A DNA stretch of 64,000 nucleotides from an uncultured delta proteobacterium (GTDB taxonomy: Bacteria > Desulfobacterota > Binatia > UBA9968), in contig CAVTUQ010000007.1 of assembly GCA_963737905.1 (NCBI GenBank), positions 256,001 to 320,000 of the forward strand. Reading direction: 5' to 3'. Position numbers and translations under genes: made by a program. Shown piece after piece: positions 9,712-20,929 of the stretch. Every line of letters begins with the position of its first letter. Position 1 is the stretch's first letter. The notes under the pieces were generated by a model. That model had not been told where the DNA came from and ran no database searches. It saw only the letters and a program-made list of their open reading frames with translations.

Positions 9712-11988
9712 AGGAAACATTTTTCATTGTGGGCAACCCGTCCGGCCGTCTCGATGGGGTGGAGAAGGTGACGGGACAAGCGAAGTATACGGGCGATATC
9801 GTGCTTTCCGGATTGCTCGAAGGCAAAGTTCTACGAAGTCCTTTTCCCCACGCTGCCATTGAATCCATCGATGCGAGCAAGGCTGAAGCATTGCCCGGAG
9901 TTGTTGCGGTCTTAACTCGCGACGATCTGAACGACATCAATCCTTACTATGGTCACTGCCTGCGCGATCGCCCTTTAATTGCCATCGATCGGGTTCGTTA
10001 TGTCGGCGAGCCGGTTGCTGTCGTAGCGGCGGAGAACTGCGATATTGCCAACGAAGCCTTATCTTTGATTGAAGTCCACTATGGGGAATTGTCCTGCCTG
10101 GCCACCGTAGAGGACGCGCTGGCGCCGGGCGCGGCCCTCCTGCACGAGAATGTCGCGGGAGTAGGTGAATTTCATGAGATGACAGGGGTCGGGAAGGACG
10201 ACAAATCCAACGTTTGCCATCACGAGCATTTCGAGAAAGGGGATGCGTCTAAGGGCTTCGCCGAAGCGGACGAGATCATCGACGAAACGTATGAGTTCCC
10301 GATGATCTATCACTACACGATGGAGCCCCATACGACGGTTGCCAGAGTGACACGTGAAGGCATCACGCTCTGGACCTCCTCGGCTCACCCATTTCTGGTG
10401 CGCGCCGAGCTTGCCTACATGTTCGGCTATGCCCACTCCAAAGTCGAAGTCATCGTGCCTTATGTCGGCGGTGCGTTCGGAGGGAAGTCCTATTTCAAAA
10501 TCGAGCCCATGGTCGTTGCCATGGCGAGGAAGACGGGCGGCCGGCCCGTGCGCGTAGCGCAAAGCGTTTCTGAATCGATGCTCACCATCCGCCGCCATTC
10601 GGCGAAATGCCGGATCAGGACCGGCGTGAAGCGCGACGGGACTCTGGTCGCCCGCGAAGCCGAAGTATTGATGGACACCGGAGCCTACGCCGACAACGGT
10701 CCTCGAGTGGCGAAACGGGCCGCCAGCCGGATTCACGGTCCCTACAAGATCAAGCACTGTAAAGTCGACGTCCTCGCGGTCTACACCAACACTGTGCCGG
10801 CCGGCTCCATGCGTTCCATCGGCGGTCCGCAAACGATCTGGGCTTTGGAATCTCACATGGACAGTATTGCGCGCCGTTTGGCAATCGATCCTTTGGAATT
10901 TCGCTTGAAGAATCTCCTCAAAGCAGGGGAAGAACTGAGAGCCGGCGCCCGACCTATCGACGCCGATCTGTCCATGGGCGCCAACATTGCAGCCGCTGGC
11001 ATCGGTTGGGGGAAGGTCAAAAAAACTCCCGGCCGAGGTCTCGGCATAGCCGTCGGTGTATCGGATTCCGAAGCGATGCCGGTATCGGTGGCATTGGTCC
11101 GTTTACTCGCCGACGGCAGCGTGATGGTCATGGCCGGCAGCACGGAAGTGGGCCAGGGGGCGCGAACCGTATTGAGCCAAATCGCCGCCGAAGAATTAGA
11201 CGTTCCAATGAAGCAAGTCACGATGCAGGGAACCGATACCCTGTTCACGCCATTCGACCGCTCTACGGGGGCGAGCCGCTCCACGACGGTGATGGGTAAC
11301 GCGGTGAAGGCCGCCGCCCAGGATTTACGCCAGCAGATTATCGGCGCCGCCGCGGAGGCTTTGAAAGTGAATGCGCAAGAGATCGACCTCAAGAATGGAG
11401 AAGTGATTTGCGGCGACCATCGTTTGTCTTACGGCAAAGTGGTGAGCCTATTTTTCGGCATGTCTGGAGGCGAGCTTATCGGCCGCGGTTACATCCGTCC
11501 CGGTGGTGGAATGGACACGAAACTGCCGATCTTTTGGGAGACTGGTATGGGGGGAGTCGATCTGGAAGTGGAAATGGAAACCGGCTCAATCAAACTCAAC
11601 AAGTTTGTCAGCGTCGCCGACGTGGGTAAAGCGATCAATCCGCGTCAATGCGAAGGGCAGGATGAAGGAGCGGCGATTCAGGGTTTGGGCCATACGCATG
11701 TTCGAATCTCTTGTGTTCGAAAATGGCCAGCCGTTGAATCCCAATCTGGTCGATTATCGCGTCCCATTCATGACCGACGTGCCGGCGGTTTTCGAGTCGG
11801 AATTGGTAGAAAACCGGGACGGCCCGGGACCCTACGGCGCAAAAGGCATGGGCGAATCCGGTATCGTTTCCATCGCGCCGGCGATCGCCAATGCCATCGT
11901 CGATGCCACCGGCGTTAGAATACGGCAACTGCCGTTGACTCCCGAGCGCGTCTGGCGCGCGCTGAGAGATGCGAAACGAGGACAGTAA
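9708..11988 (+). CDS. Xanthine dehydrogenase family molybdopterin-binding large subunit (frameshift near 11697)
   Basis: 'KVTGQAKY', 'LRSPFPHA', 'GGAFGGK'. The C-terminus continues in ORF 11503-11988 ('GPGPYGAKGMGE', 'LPLTPERV'). Confidence 0.88.
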
Positions 11989-12158
11989 CAGAAATTTGTG
12001 ACGGTCCGCCGCACCAGAGAGAGCCCGATCGGCGTGAAAAATCACGCGATGACGATTTCGCATCTTGTCCAGGCAACGAGGTCTATGCACTGACCGCATT
12101 GATATTATGTGGGGTTGAGTAAAGCAGGGGGTAGCGAGCGTTTTGACGGAGGTTATTA

Positions 12159-13151
12159 ATGATGCAACGAAAGCTCTTTCTCGGTTACCTATGGGTGTCT
12201 TTGTTTCTCGTAAGAGAAATAGCCTTAGCTGAGGCTATCCGGGTCGGTATTCCGGGGCTCAGCGCTGAATTCGCGCCGGTGTGGGCCGCTAAAGATAAGG
12301 GATTGCTGAAAAAATATAACTTGGACATGGAAATCATCGCCATGCAGGGTGGCACGCAACTGGTTCAGGCGATGATCGGCGGGAGCATCGACTTTGCGGT
12401 GATGGGCGGGGCTTATCTCACCGGCGCAGTGAAGGGCGCCGATCTCGTCATGGTCGCCACACATATGGACAAGTTTCCTTATTCGTTGATCGTCAAGCCG
12501 TCAATCAAACGCGCTGAAGACCTGAAGGGAACAAAACTTGCTATCAGCCGTTTTGGCTCCAGCAGCGATGCCGGGCTGCGAGTTTCACTGCAGCGCTCAG
12601 GAATTAATCCAGACAAGGATGTGACGATTCTCCAGATCGGCGGCCAAACGGAACGCTATGCGGCTTTGAAAGCTGACGTGGTGGATGGTACGGTTGTGAT
12701 ACCGCCGCTGAGCGGCGCAGCCCAGCGGGCAGGGTTCAATAAGCTCTTCAATATGACCAAGCTGGGCATTCCTTATCCACAGGAGGGAGTCGTCGCCAGC
12801 CGGCAATACATCGCGAAGCGGCGCGATACGTTGCTGCGATTTCTCAAGGGATTTATCGAAGCAGTGCGCGATATCAAGACCGATAAGGAATTGGCGATCG
12901 CAGTTTTAGCGAAGCATCTGCGGATGGATCCAAAGAAAGATCGAGAGGCATTGGAAGACAGTTTTCAGGAAGTCGTGATCGAGCAAATGCTGAAGATTCC
13001 TAATCCAAATCTCGAAGCGGTGAAGATGGGTATCGAGCTGCTGGGAAAGGAACGGCCGGCTAAGGTATCCGGAGACCCTAAGGATTATGTCGATATGAGA
13101 CTCATGGCGGAGCTGGAAAAGTCCGGGTTTATTCGGAGCGTGTATAAGTAA
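12159..13151 (+). CDS. ABC transporter substrate-binding protein (NMT1/SsuA-like)
   Basis: Signal peptide, 'DLKGTKLAISRFGS', 'DPDKDVTILQIG'-like motif. Confidence 0.85.
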   Translation: MMQRKLFLGYLWVSLFLVREIALAEAIRVGIPGLSAEFAPVWAAKDKGLLKKYNLDMEIIAMQGGTQLVQAMIGGSIDFAVMGGAYLTGAVKGADLVMVATHMDKFPYSLIVKPSIKRAEDLKGTKLAISRFGSSSDAGLRVSLQRSGINPDKDVTILQIGGQTERYAALKADVVDGTVVIPPLSGAAQRAGFNKLFNMTKLGIPYPQEGVVASRQYIAKRRDTLLRFLKGFIEAVRDIKTDKELAIAVLAKHLRMDPKKDREALEDSFQEVVIEQMLKIPNPNLEAVKMGIELLGKERPAKVSGDPKDYVDMRLMAELEKSGFIRSVYK

Positions 13152-13170
13152 CGCCAGAAAAGGATCGCCC

Positions 13171-14178
13171 ATGAAAATCGGCGTTCAACTCAATCCTCAG
13201 GTTTCTATTGATAAATCCCCTGAATCGCTTATGCCCACGCTCATCGAGCAAGTGCGGGTGGCGGACCAAAGCGGGTTTCACGCCTTCTCCATGGGCGAGC
13301 ACTACAATATCCCCGGCTTGCAGCGCGTGCACCAAATCCCGGCTCTGGCTCGCCTCTGCGCTGAGGTAAAACATTGCGAGGTAGGTACCGCGGTCATGCT
13401 CCTCGGCTTGCGTCATCCCGTGACAGTCGCGAATGAACTTGCCACTTTGGATGTGATCAACGGCGGCCGATCTTTCGCCGCCTTCGGCCTCGGCTACCGC
13501 GACGACGAGCTCAACGCGTTTCACCTGACGAAGGCGCAACGATTTCAACGCTTCGTCGAAGGGATTGAGATCATCAAGAGACTCTGGACCGAAGATCACG
13601 TGAGTTTCCAAGGAAAATCATTTCAAGTCAAAGACGTCACGGTTGATCCCAAGCCGCTGCAGAAGCCGCGGCCACCGATCTGGATCGCTGCCAATTCCGA
13701 CGCCGCAGTGGAACGGGCCGCAAGAATAGGGGATGACTGGATCATCGGGCCCCATTCGGCCATCGAAGAATTGGAACGGCAGGTGAACCTATTCCGAAAA
13801 ACCTGGGTTACCGCGGGAAAGAACGGCGCGCCAAGCTTGCCGATCATTCGTGAAACCTTCGTCGCGAAAACCCGCCAGGAAGCGGTGGAAAAGGCGCGGC
13901 CCTGCTTGGAGCAGTTATACCGTTCCATTTACATCAAGTGGAAGCAGAACGAGGCGATGAGCGATCCTAGCGAATTAAGCTGGGCTTTCGACCGGCTGGC
14001 CAAGAACCGCTTTATTCTCGGTTCTCCGGAAGAATGCATCGACCAAATCGCAGAGTACAGGGAGCGGCTTGGGGTCGCCTACATGCTGCCCCGTTTTGAC
14101 TGGACCCCGGGGCTTGGACAACAGGATATTCTCGCATCGATGCGTCTGTTCGGTGAAAAAGTGATCCAAAAGCTTTGA
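13171..14178 (+). CDS. LLM-class flavin-dependent oxidoreductase
   Basis: 'MKIGV', 'GEH', 'HPVTVANELATLDVINGGR', 'PKPLQKPRPPIWIA'. Confidence 0.88.
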   Translation: MKIGVQLNPQVSIDKSPESLMPTLIEQVRVADQSGFHAFSMGEHYNIPGLQRVHQIPALARLCAEVKHCEVGTAVMLLGLRHPVTVANELATLDVINGGRSFAAFGLGYRDDELNAFHLTKAQRFQRFVEGIEIIKRLWTEDHVSFQGKSFQVKDVTVDPKPLQKPRPPIWIAANSDAAVERAARIGDDWIIGPHSAIEELERQVNLFRKTWVTAGKNGAPSLPIIRETFVAKTRQEAVEKARPCLEQLYRSIYIKWKQNEAMSDPSELSWAFDRLAKNRFILGSPEECIDQIAEYRERLGVAYMLPRFDWTPGLGQQDILASMRLFGEKVIQKL

Positions 14179-14234
14179 TTTGAGCCGGTAGATTTCTCCC
14201 AGTTAAGGGAGACACAGAGAGGTCAAGACACCTC

Positions 14235-14279
14235 TTCAACGTTTGGAACGTTTTGAACGTCTGGAACGTTTGGAACTCT
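14235..14279. repeat. Degenerate 9-mer tandem repeat (TTGAACGTT-like x5)
   Basis: ttcaacgtt tggaacgtt ttgaacgtc tggaacgtt tggaactct. Related arrays lie at 15460-15493, 33013-33138 and 36813-36850. Confidence 0.8.
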
Positions 14280-14417
14280 GCAGCCGATTCAGGCTGCAGG
14301 TAGTTTCGCTTGCTTTATCCAACTCGATTGCATATCAGAATATCCGGGGTTTACACTATCTTCGTCGGTCGCCGAAAGCCAAGTTAAAGTCGCAACCAAA
14401 AACCTAGGGGGGTGCTC

Positions 14418-15376
14418 ATGAAAAAAGGGAAAGTCGCCCTGACACTGATCGCGTCGGTACTCTGGTTCGTAGGTTTTTTCGTTTCGCCAAGTCACGGTAA
14501 GATCATCGTCGGGCTGTCTTCGGTGAATGTCGCGTTCTTGCCGGTCTACGTTACTGAGGAGAAGGGTTTCTTCAAGGACGAGGGGTTGGACGTTCTTTTG
14601 GTGTTGTTCAACGCCGGCGCGACAAATGTTCAGGCGCTGGTGGGCGGTGACATCCAGATCATGGGGAGCGCCTTCGTGGAAACTATCGGGGGGCGCGGCG
14701 CAGGGTTCGACATTAAAAATTTTTGGGGTATTTGCAACATTATGCCTTTTCAGCTATACTCCCAGCCCGATTTCAAGTCGATGAAGCAAGCCAAAGGCAA
14801 ACGTTTCGCCATCAGCCGCTTCGGATCGCTCACCGACTTTCTGACCCGTGCGACGTTGCGCCATTTCGGGATGGACCCAAAGACGTAACGATTCTTCAAA
14901 TCGGCAGCACGCCGGCGCGTTTTGCCGCCTTGACCGCAAAAGGGGTGGATGCATCGATGGTTTGGTTCCCGGTGACCGAGATCGCCAAAGCCAGGGCTAT
15001 AACAAGTTGCTCGATCTCAAGGAAGTCTTCCCGGAATGGCCCTACGAGACTTTTGCGGCGAAGGAATCTTATCTTAGCAAGGAAAAGGAGCAGGTCACAA
15101 AATTTCTTCGCGCGTATCAAAGAGGCGTGAGATATACCCATGGAGAATAAGGACGATTCGGTGAGGATCTTGAGAAAATACGTCAAGATAGATCCGGCGT
15201 ACGCTCCCGCCGGCTACGACGAATACCGCGATTCGTTCCCGGTCAACGGTCAAATCGCCGAAAAGGTAATCCCGACCGTCATCGAACAGGAGTTCGAGGC
15301 CGGTAGGCTGAAGAAAAAATTGACCGTAGAAGACATGATCGACCGCTCGTTTATTTCATCGATGGGCAAAAAGTGA
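14418..15376 (+). CDS. ABC transporter substrate-binding protein (NMT1/SsuA-like), split by about three frameshifts
   Basis: Consecutive pieces in ORFs 14412-14888, 14723-15130 ('DVTILQIGSTPARFAAL'), 14848-15150 ('QGYNKLLDL...') and 15140-15376 join into one SBP. Confidence 0.8.
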
Positions 15377-15512
15377 AGGTATAGGTTTATTAGAGGGTAT
15401 CTAAAAAACTAAATTCGCAGGCTGTTCAAAGAGGTTCAGATGCGAGGAGCGTGCTTTACTTGAACGTTTGGAACGTCTTGAACGATTTGAACCACTTACT
15501 CGTGGAGGACAT

Positions 15513-16607
15513 ATGATCATAGATCTCGATTCTCATTTGCGTGAGGGCTACTTCATGGACGAAGTCTACAATCTGCCAGAGCCTTATGCTCGATTCACGC
15601 CGCAGCGAATGGGCGATGGCAGAAATCACAATACCAAGTGGGTTCATTCCTTGGATCCGGGCGATCCGCAGGGTCGCGCGGCGCACCGCCATCCTTATAT
15701 TTACGATCCCAAGGTCAACTGGCGTAACGGCGAGATCGCCGAGCGGCAGGTTGCCGGATACGACATGGAGCGGCGACTGAAAGATATCAAGAAAGAGGGG
15801 ATCGATAAACAAATCATTTTCCCGACGGGCATCAACGTCGCCACTGAAAATATCGGCGGCTTAGGACTCGCCTGCGCGCAGGCGTATAACAACTGGGTCG
15901 CGAAGCTAGTGAAAGGACACGAAGACGTGTTGCTCCCCGCTGCAATGATGCCTGCCGGCTGTCCGGAAGCGATGGCGGGTGAGTTACATCGTTGCGTCAA
16001 AGAACTGGGATTCAAAGCCAGCCATCTGGTGCCCTATATCGGCAACCGCAATGTCGACCACCCAACGTTCTATCCTTACTATCAGGCCGCGGAAGAGCTC
16101 GGCGTGCCACTGTTCTGTCATCCGAACAGCAACGGCGAGTTGACCGATCGGTTCGATAACTTCTTCAAGACCCACGTGCTCGGGCGGGTTCTGAACTGCA
16201 CACCCGCTCTGGTCGCCCTGGTGCTCGGCGGGGTATTCGAAAAATTTCCCAAGCTGAAAGTCGCCTTCTTTGAATGCAGCGCGGAGTGGCCGCTCTACTG
16301 GATGCATCGCATGGACGACGATTGGGAATGGGCGAAAGACTTCCCGCAGATCTCCGGTGGATTGAAGATGGCTCCTTCAGAATACGTCAAGCACAACTGC
16401 TATGTCACCTGCGAAGCCGACGAAGGCGACATGACGCAATCGCTAAAGGAAGTCGGCGAAGATCACATCTTGATGGCCACCGACTACCCGCATTTCGATT
16501 CCGAATACCCGTACACGGTTTCGAGTATTCGAGAAAGAAAGGATCTGACGCCCAAGCAGAAAGATAAGATCCTCGGAGAAAACGCCGCGAGACTGCTGAA
16601 CCTTTAG
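15513..16607 (+). CDS. Amidohydrolase family protein (amidohydro_2)
   Basis: 'IIDLDSH', 'AYNNW', 'LFCHP', 'GVFEKFPKLKVAFFEC', 'ATDYPHFDS'. GGAGG SD before ATG 15513. Confidence 0.9.
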   Translation: MIIDLDSHLREGYFMDEVYNLPEPYARFTPQRMGDGRNHNTKWVHSLDPGDPQGRAAHRHPYIYDPKVNWRNGEIAERQVAGYDMERRLKDIKKEGIDKQIIFPTGINVATENIGGLGLACAQAYNNWVAKLVKGHEDVLLPAAMMPAGCPEAMAGELHRCVKELGFKASHLVPYIGNRNVDHPTFYPYYQAAEELGVPLFCHPNSNGELTDRFDNFFKTHVLGRVLNCTPALVALVLGGVFEKFPKLKVAFFECSAEWPLYWMHRMDDDWEWAKDFPQISGGLKMAPSEYVKHNCYVTCEADEGDMTQSLKEVGEDHILMATDYPHFDSEYPYTVSSIRERKDLTPKQKDKILGENAARLLNL

Positions 16608-17459
16608 GTGGTTAATAACCCCTCGGACGCGTCTTCGTCAGCATACAACAATTTTAATGCCGACCTCACCGGGCCGTTGATAGCCAGTTTCGTCTCAACA
16701 TTCTTAGTGTTCAATCTGTTGACTGTTGCGGCATGTTTTTCTTGGTACGATAAAGGCCATCGGATCGTAGGTTTGATCGCCGAGGCCAATCTCACCGCCG
16801 AAGCACGCAAGAAAATTAACGAGATCCTTCCCGTGAACACGACCTTGGCGGACGCGGCGGTTTGGCCGGATCATGAGGGGCGAAGCGTTCGGGATTTCGA
16901 TCCTCTCCATTACGTCAGTATTCCGGAAAGCGCGGAAGGTTACGATCAGGGACGCGACTGTCCGGAGGGAAACTGTATGGTTGAAGCGCTCAAATGGTTT
17001 TTAGCGGTCATTGCAGATAAAAACGCGCCGATTATGGTGCGGCGAGTCGCGCTTTATTACGTCGCACACCTGGTGGGCGACATGCACCAGCCGCTCCATG
17101 CCGGTCGAGCAGGGGATCGAGGCGGCGTCGATACTGCCGTGTCCTACAGAGGCGCGACAACGAATCTTCACTTCTTTTGGGATACAAACCTGGTAGAGCT
17201 GGAAACCGGTACCGATGAGGAGATCGCCAAGCGGTTTACTGCAAATCTCACGCAAGAAGAGCGTCTAAAATGGCAGGCCGGGGATCCGACACAGTGGACG
17301 AATGAATCGTTAATGTTGGTCAGGTCGGATGCGTACAATACGGGACCTCCGGTCGAGCTTTCCGATGATTATGTGGAAAAAGCCCGCCCGATCGTGCGAA
17401 TGAGGCTCGCTCAGGCCGGACTCAGGTTAGCCTGGTTGCTGAATAGCGAGTTGAAGTAA
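16608..17459 (+). CDS. S1/P1 nuclease
   Basis: Hydrophobic leader then mature 'WYDKGH'; 'WPD', 'HYV', 'HLVGDMHQPLH', 'NLHFFWD', 'AGLRLA'. Start uncertain. Confidence 0.9.
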   Translation: MVNNPSDASSSAYNNFNADLTGPLIASFVSTFLVFNLLTVAACFSWYDKGHRIVGLIAEANLTAEARKKINEILPVNTTLADAAVWPDHEGRSVRDFDPLHYVSIPESAEGYDQGRDCPEGNCMVEALKWFLAVIADKNAPIMVRRVALYYVAHLVGDMHQPLHAGRAGDRGGVDTAVSYRGATTNLHFFWDTNLVELETGTDEEIAKRFTANLTQEERLKWQAGDPTQWTNESLMLVRSDAYNTGPPVELSDDYVEKARPIVRMRLAQAGLRLAWLLNSELK

Positions 17460-17580
17460 GAAGAAATAATCGGCCGAATCTTTAAATCCACTCGTTGTAA
17501 AAGACAGATAATCGACTACTCTTAAATAAGACGAGTTTGGGGTGGATGAAGGCTCGAGAAAGGCCCGATCGTTTCAGGCC

Positions 17581-18321
17581 ATGACGTTTTGTCTAGGAAT
17601 CAAAGTAGAGCAAGGGCTGGTAGCGCTAGCCGATACGCAGATTGTTAAAGGCAGCGAGCGGCTAAGCAAAGGGAAATTCACGCTGCTCCGGCACGGCGAT
17701 CAGCGGCTCTTTATTATGACGTCGGGCTTGCGTTCGGTGCGGGACAAAACCGTTATCTATCTCGAAGAGAAGCTGGCGGAGGACGCGGCGGATTTCGAAC
17801 GCCTCTATCAGGTGGCGCAATCGTTAGGCGATCAGTTGCGAAGGGTTCGTATGGAAGACGGTGCCGCGCTTTCTCAAGGAGGATTGAGTTTTAATCTCCA
17901 CGCCATAATCGGCGGGCAACTCGACGATGATCTGTCTCCTTCATTGTTTTTAGTTTATCCAGAAGGCAATTGGATCGAAGCAAGCTCGGACTCGCCCTAT
18001 TTTATTATCGGTCGCACCCTGTATGGAAAGCCGATTTTGGATCGGTTGTTGGGTTTCCAAACCCCCCTTCCTCAGGCACTGGGCCTCGCTTATCTCGCAT
18101 TCGACGCCACCCGGACAAGCGTAGTCGATGTCGCCTTCCCCATCGACGTCATTGTCTTCGATCCAGTAACACGATCTCTTCATCAAGAACGCTTCGATGC
18201 TGCCGCCCTGGCGAGCGCAGCGGAATGGTGGCAGCAGACGCTGCAGACCGCATTGGGACAATTTCCTATGAACTGGGCAAATTCACTTTTGTCAAATCTT
18301 TCATCGACCAAAGCAGATTGA
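17581..18321 (+). CDS. Proteasome-type protease (Anbu-like Ntn hydrolase)
   Basis: Starts 'MTFCLGIKV', exposing an N-terminal Thr; 'LVYPEGNWIE', 'IG..YGKPILDR', 'FDAT', 'PID'. Confidence 0.85.
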   Translation: MTFCLGIKVEQGLVALADTQIVKGSERLSKGKFTLLRHGDQRLFIMTSGLRSVRDKTVIYLEEKLAEDAADFERLYQVAQSLGDQLRRVRMEDGAALSQGGLSFNLHAIIGGQLDDDLSPSLFLVYPEGNWIEASSDSPYFIIGRTLYGKPILDRLLGFQTPLPQALGLAYLAFDATRTSVVDVAFPIDVIVFDPVTRSLHQERFDAAALASAAEWWQQTLQTALGQFPMNWANSLLSNLSSTKAD

Positions 18322-18330
18322 GGTACGATC

Positions 18331-19167
18331 ATGTCATTGATTAAAGTGAGTTGCGAGCTGAGCTACCAAGTCACAGCCCCCACCAGCTTTTTGTTTCATC
18401 TCTCGGCGGCGAATACGACACACCAGAAGGTTCAGGGGGAAGATTTGCGGATCGAGCCGGCGAAGCACTACGACATCTGCTACCTTGGCGCCGAAGACAA
18501 TCGTGTGTTTCGGTTCCAGGCCGAGCCGGGGGAGCTCAGCTTGAACTATCAAGCCGGCGTAACACTTAACCCTGAAATCGATAGCCCTCCCCAGATTCCC
18601 GAAGCCGAACATCCTGAGTTGCCCGAGGAAGTGCTGCCCTATCTCAATCCCAGCCGCTATTGCGAATCGGATCGGTTGGGCAACTTTGCAATAGCGGAGT
18701 TTGGCCGCTTGGAGCGCGGATATCTACGGGTAGACGCTATTCGCGACTGGACGCATGAACATCTGCGATACCAGTCCGGCAGCACCAGTAGTTCCACCAC
18801 AGCCTGTGACGTGCTGATCCAGCGGACCGGCGTCTGCCGGGACTACGCTCATCTTGCGATCGCGCTGTGCCGAGCGCTCTGCATCCCGGCGCGTTATGTT
18901 TCCGGCTACGCGGTGGCACTGGAACCCCCCGACTTTCATGGCTTCTTTGAGGCCTATCTGCGCGATCATTGGTATCTGTTCGATGCCACGAGGCTGGCAC
19001 CGGTCGAAGGGCTGGTGCGAATCGGCATGGGCCGCGACGCCGCCGATGTGCCGTTTGCCACGCTGATCGGAGCGGCAATTCTAAAAAAGAAAGCCGTAAC
19101 GGCTCAGGAATTGACCGATGAAATCCCCCAGGTCCCAGCAGAGGAGCCGGCAATCTCCACAGCGTGA
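18331..19167 (+). CDS. Transglutaminase-like family protein
   Basis: 'YLNPSRYCESD', 'GVCRDYAHL', 'IPARYVSGY', 'DFH', 'WYLFDAT', 'GRDAADV'. Confidence 0.9.
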   Translation: MSLIKVSCELSYQVTAPTSFLFHLSAANTTHQKVQGEDLRIEPAKHYDICYLGAEDNRVFRFQAEPGELSLNYQAGVTLNPEIDSPPQIPEAEHPELPEEVLPYLNPSRYCESDRLGNFAIAEFGRLERGYLRVDAIRDWTHEHLRYQSGSTSSSTTACDVLIQRTGVCRDYAHLAIALCRALCIPARYVSGYAVALEPPDFHGFFEAYLRDHWYLFDATRLAPVEGLVRIGMGRDAADVPFATLIGAAILKKKAVTAQELTDEIPQVPAEEPAISTA

Positions 19168-19219
19168 GCCGGCGGAAGGCACGAAAACCCGAAGTGCAAA
19201 AACGTTGATCCGTGCGCGA

Positions 19220-19855
19220 TTAATTTGAATCCATCGTGACCACGACCTGCCTCCCCTGAACATTATAATGGATCTTCAAAAGCTGCTTGTTCTGGTCAAA
19301 CCAGATCGAAGCCTGCCACTCGCCGGAGAAATCAAACCTGCTCGCGGGAATCGATTGTCCACTTGAGGCGACGACCGGATCCTCGCTTTTGGCAACCTTG
19401 ACCTTCATCAACCGAAGATCCTTCAAGTCAAAGAGCAACGAGTTCTGAGTAATGGCATAGTGCCAGACGGAAGTAGGAAAGGCATGGTGCGGCAAAGTCA
19501 AAGTCTTGCCGTTTAGCACGCCATCGTATTCCGTCGGATTTCTTTGCAGCGACGAGTTAAATATTGTGTTGTGATCGTCCGTGTTTCCCTGCAGGTTTTG
19601 TAGTTCACCGCTTTTCCAGACTTCGTGCAGATCCTGAGTAAAATAGTACACTTGAAAGCCGAGGATGGATAGCGAGCTGCGCGTCTTGAGCTCCTCCACC
19701 ATCCCCTGGTCATTGGTTCGAACCGTGTATTGAACCTGGCCGATTTTCTTGCCATCCAGAAAGATCGAAGCAAAGTGATTTTGATCCGCCGCGCGCGCGC
19801 CGTGCGCCATGAAGAGCACCGCTAACACAATCCCCGGTTGTACCAATCGCCGCAT
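19220..19855 (-). CDS. Secreted protein, DUF6134-like
   Basis: Signal peptide, 'IFLDGKKIG', 'EVWKSGEL', 'PTSVWH', beta-rich composition. Confidence 0.65.
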   Translation of the reverse strand: MRRLVQPGIVLAVLFMAHGARAADQNHFASIFLDGKKIGQVQYTVRTNDQGMVEELKTRSSLSILGFQVYYFTQDLHEVWKSGELQNLQGNTDDHNTIFNSSLQRNPTEYDGVLNGKTLTLPHHAFPTSVWHYAITQNSLLFDLKDLRLMKVKVAKSEDPVVASSGQSIPASRFDFSGEWQASIWFDQNKQLLKIHYNVQGRQVVVTMDSN

Positions 19856-20123
19856 GTTTTTCTCCGTTCCGAACCAATAGCTTCTATCGGATTATTGTCG
19901 CGGTGATTAAGCTAACAGAAAGAGCCTATCGTGTGAAGTTGTGCGCGCGCCGTAATAGTCTGGGGGGGGGACACCGGGATCTGTCAATTCTTTCCAACTA
20001 ATTCGTCAAATTAATGACCAAGAGATCTCGGTTTTGCCGAGACACAAAAGGTTCGAAGAATGCTAGAGACTTTTGACCCCGGAGTTCGGGCCACGAAGCT
20101 TCAAAATAGCTGTAAACCGCGCT

Positions 20124-20258
20124 TCACATACGGCTAATTCTTATATACCGAACGATGTCCGGCAAATTCTTAGCCAACATATAACCAATTGCCAACACGG
20201 TTAACGTGCCAATCAGGGATTTTACCCCACATGCTCTGTTGTTCTTCTCTTGCCTCAT
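20124..20258 (-). CDS. 44-aa small membrane protein (DUF6893-like): MRQEKNNRACGVKSLIGTLTVLAIGYMLAKNLPDIVRYIRISRM
   Basis: Not in the ORF track. GGAGGT SD, one hydrophobic segment, C-terminal 'PDIVRYIRISRM'. Confidence 0.75.
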   Translation of the reverse strand: MRQEKNNRACGVKSLIGTLTVLAIGYMLAKNLPDIVRYIRISRM

Positions 20259-20415
20259 ATAACCTCCAATCCGCCACCTTCAGTTTAACAAATCGAAAGT
20301 CCTACCTCTAGGCGAGAAAAGATATAGATATGTTCTTGGCGGTCGTTTTTACGCGCCTACGTCCTGGGAGCCGCGCTTTTTCTGGGGCCAGAAGATCAGC
20401 TTTCTTTGAAGCGGT

Positions 20416-20547
20416 CTACATTTTCGCCAGCCCAAGGATTCCAATCACTATCAGGTAAATTGCGACGATGTAATTCAACAACCTTGGAATTATTAAAATT
20501 AAGATGCCCGCAATCAGTGCGACTAAGGGTTGTATTGCGACATACAT
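20416..20547 (-). CDS. 43-aa DUF3096-family membrane protein: MYVAIQPLVALIAGILILIIPRLLNYIVAIYLIVIGILGLAKM
   Basis: Not in the ORF track. AAGGAG SD; signature 'LIAGILILIIPRLLNYIVAIYLI'. Confidence 0.85.
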   Translation of the reverse strand: MYVAIQPLVALIAGILILIIPRLLNYIVAIYLIVIGILGLAKM

Positions 20548-20695
20548 TTGCGCATCTCCTTACCAGCCGTGATCGATAATTGTGATGCGATCGACATGTT
20601 CATAATCGGCGCCGTCAATCGTCCGTTAGGGCCGCTACTTTAGAAAGTCAGCCGGCATCGCTTCTGACGCTTTGATTCCCCGGCCGTTTTTCTGC

Positions 20696-20917
20696 TCATC
20701 GCCGAAAAGCCGGCTTTTTGGTTGAGCTGCTATGCCTTCTGGCGCGAGAACTATTTCGAACATGGATTTCCTCCGTATGTAATCCGAGATCACGCGCTTC
20801 CACATGGCAATGTTGGCAGACAATCATGTCTAGCAGGACCACGCCGGCCTCTTCACTTTTGACCCGATAAGCCGAATCGACGAATGGCGCGCCACAGTGT
20901 TGGCAGATCCATCCCAT
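20696..20917 (-). CDS. 73-aa putative zinc-binding microprotein (CQHC...CQHC), paralog of 45682-45870
   Basis: Similarity to the paralog begins exactly at 'MGWICQHCGAPF'; two CxxC pairs. Confidence 0.7.
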   Translation of the reverse strand: MGWICQHCGAPFVDSAYRVKSEEAGVVLLDMIVCQHCHVEARDLGLHTEEIHVRNSSRARRHSSSTKKPAFRR

Positions 20918-20929
20918 ATGTGAAGATTG

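Noticed and set aside
14235-15493. TTGAAC arrays as CRISPR repeats
   Set aside because: Units are 9 nt, with no spacers and no cas genes.
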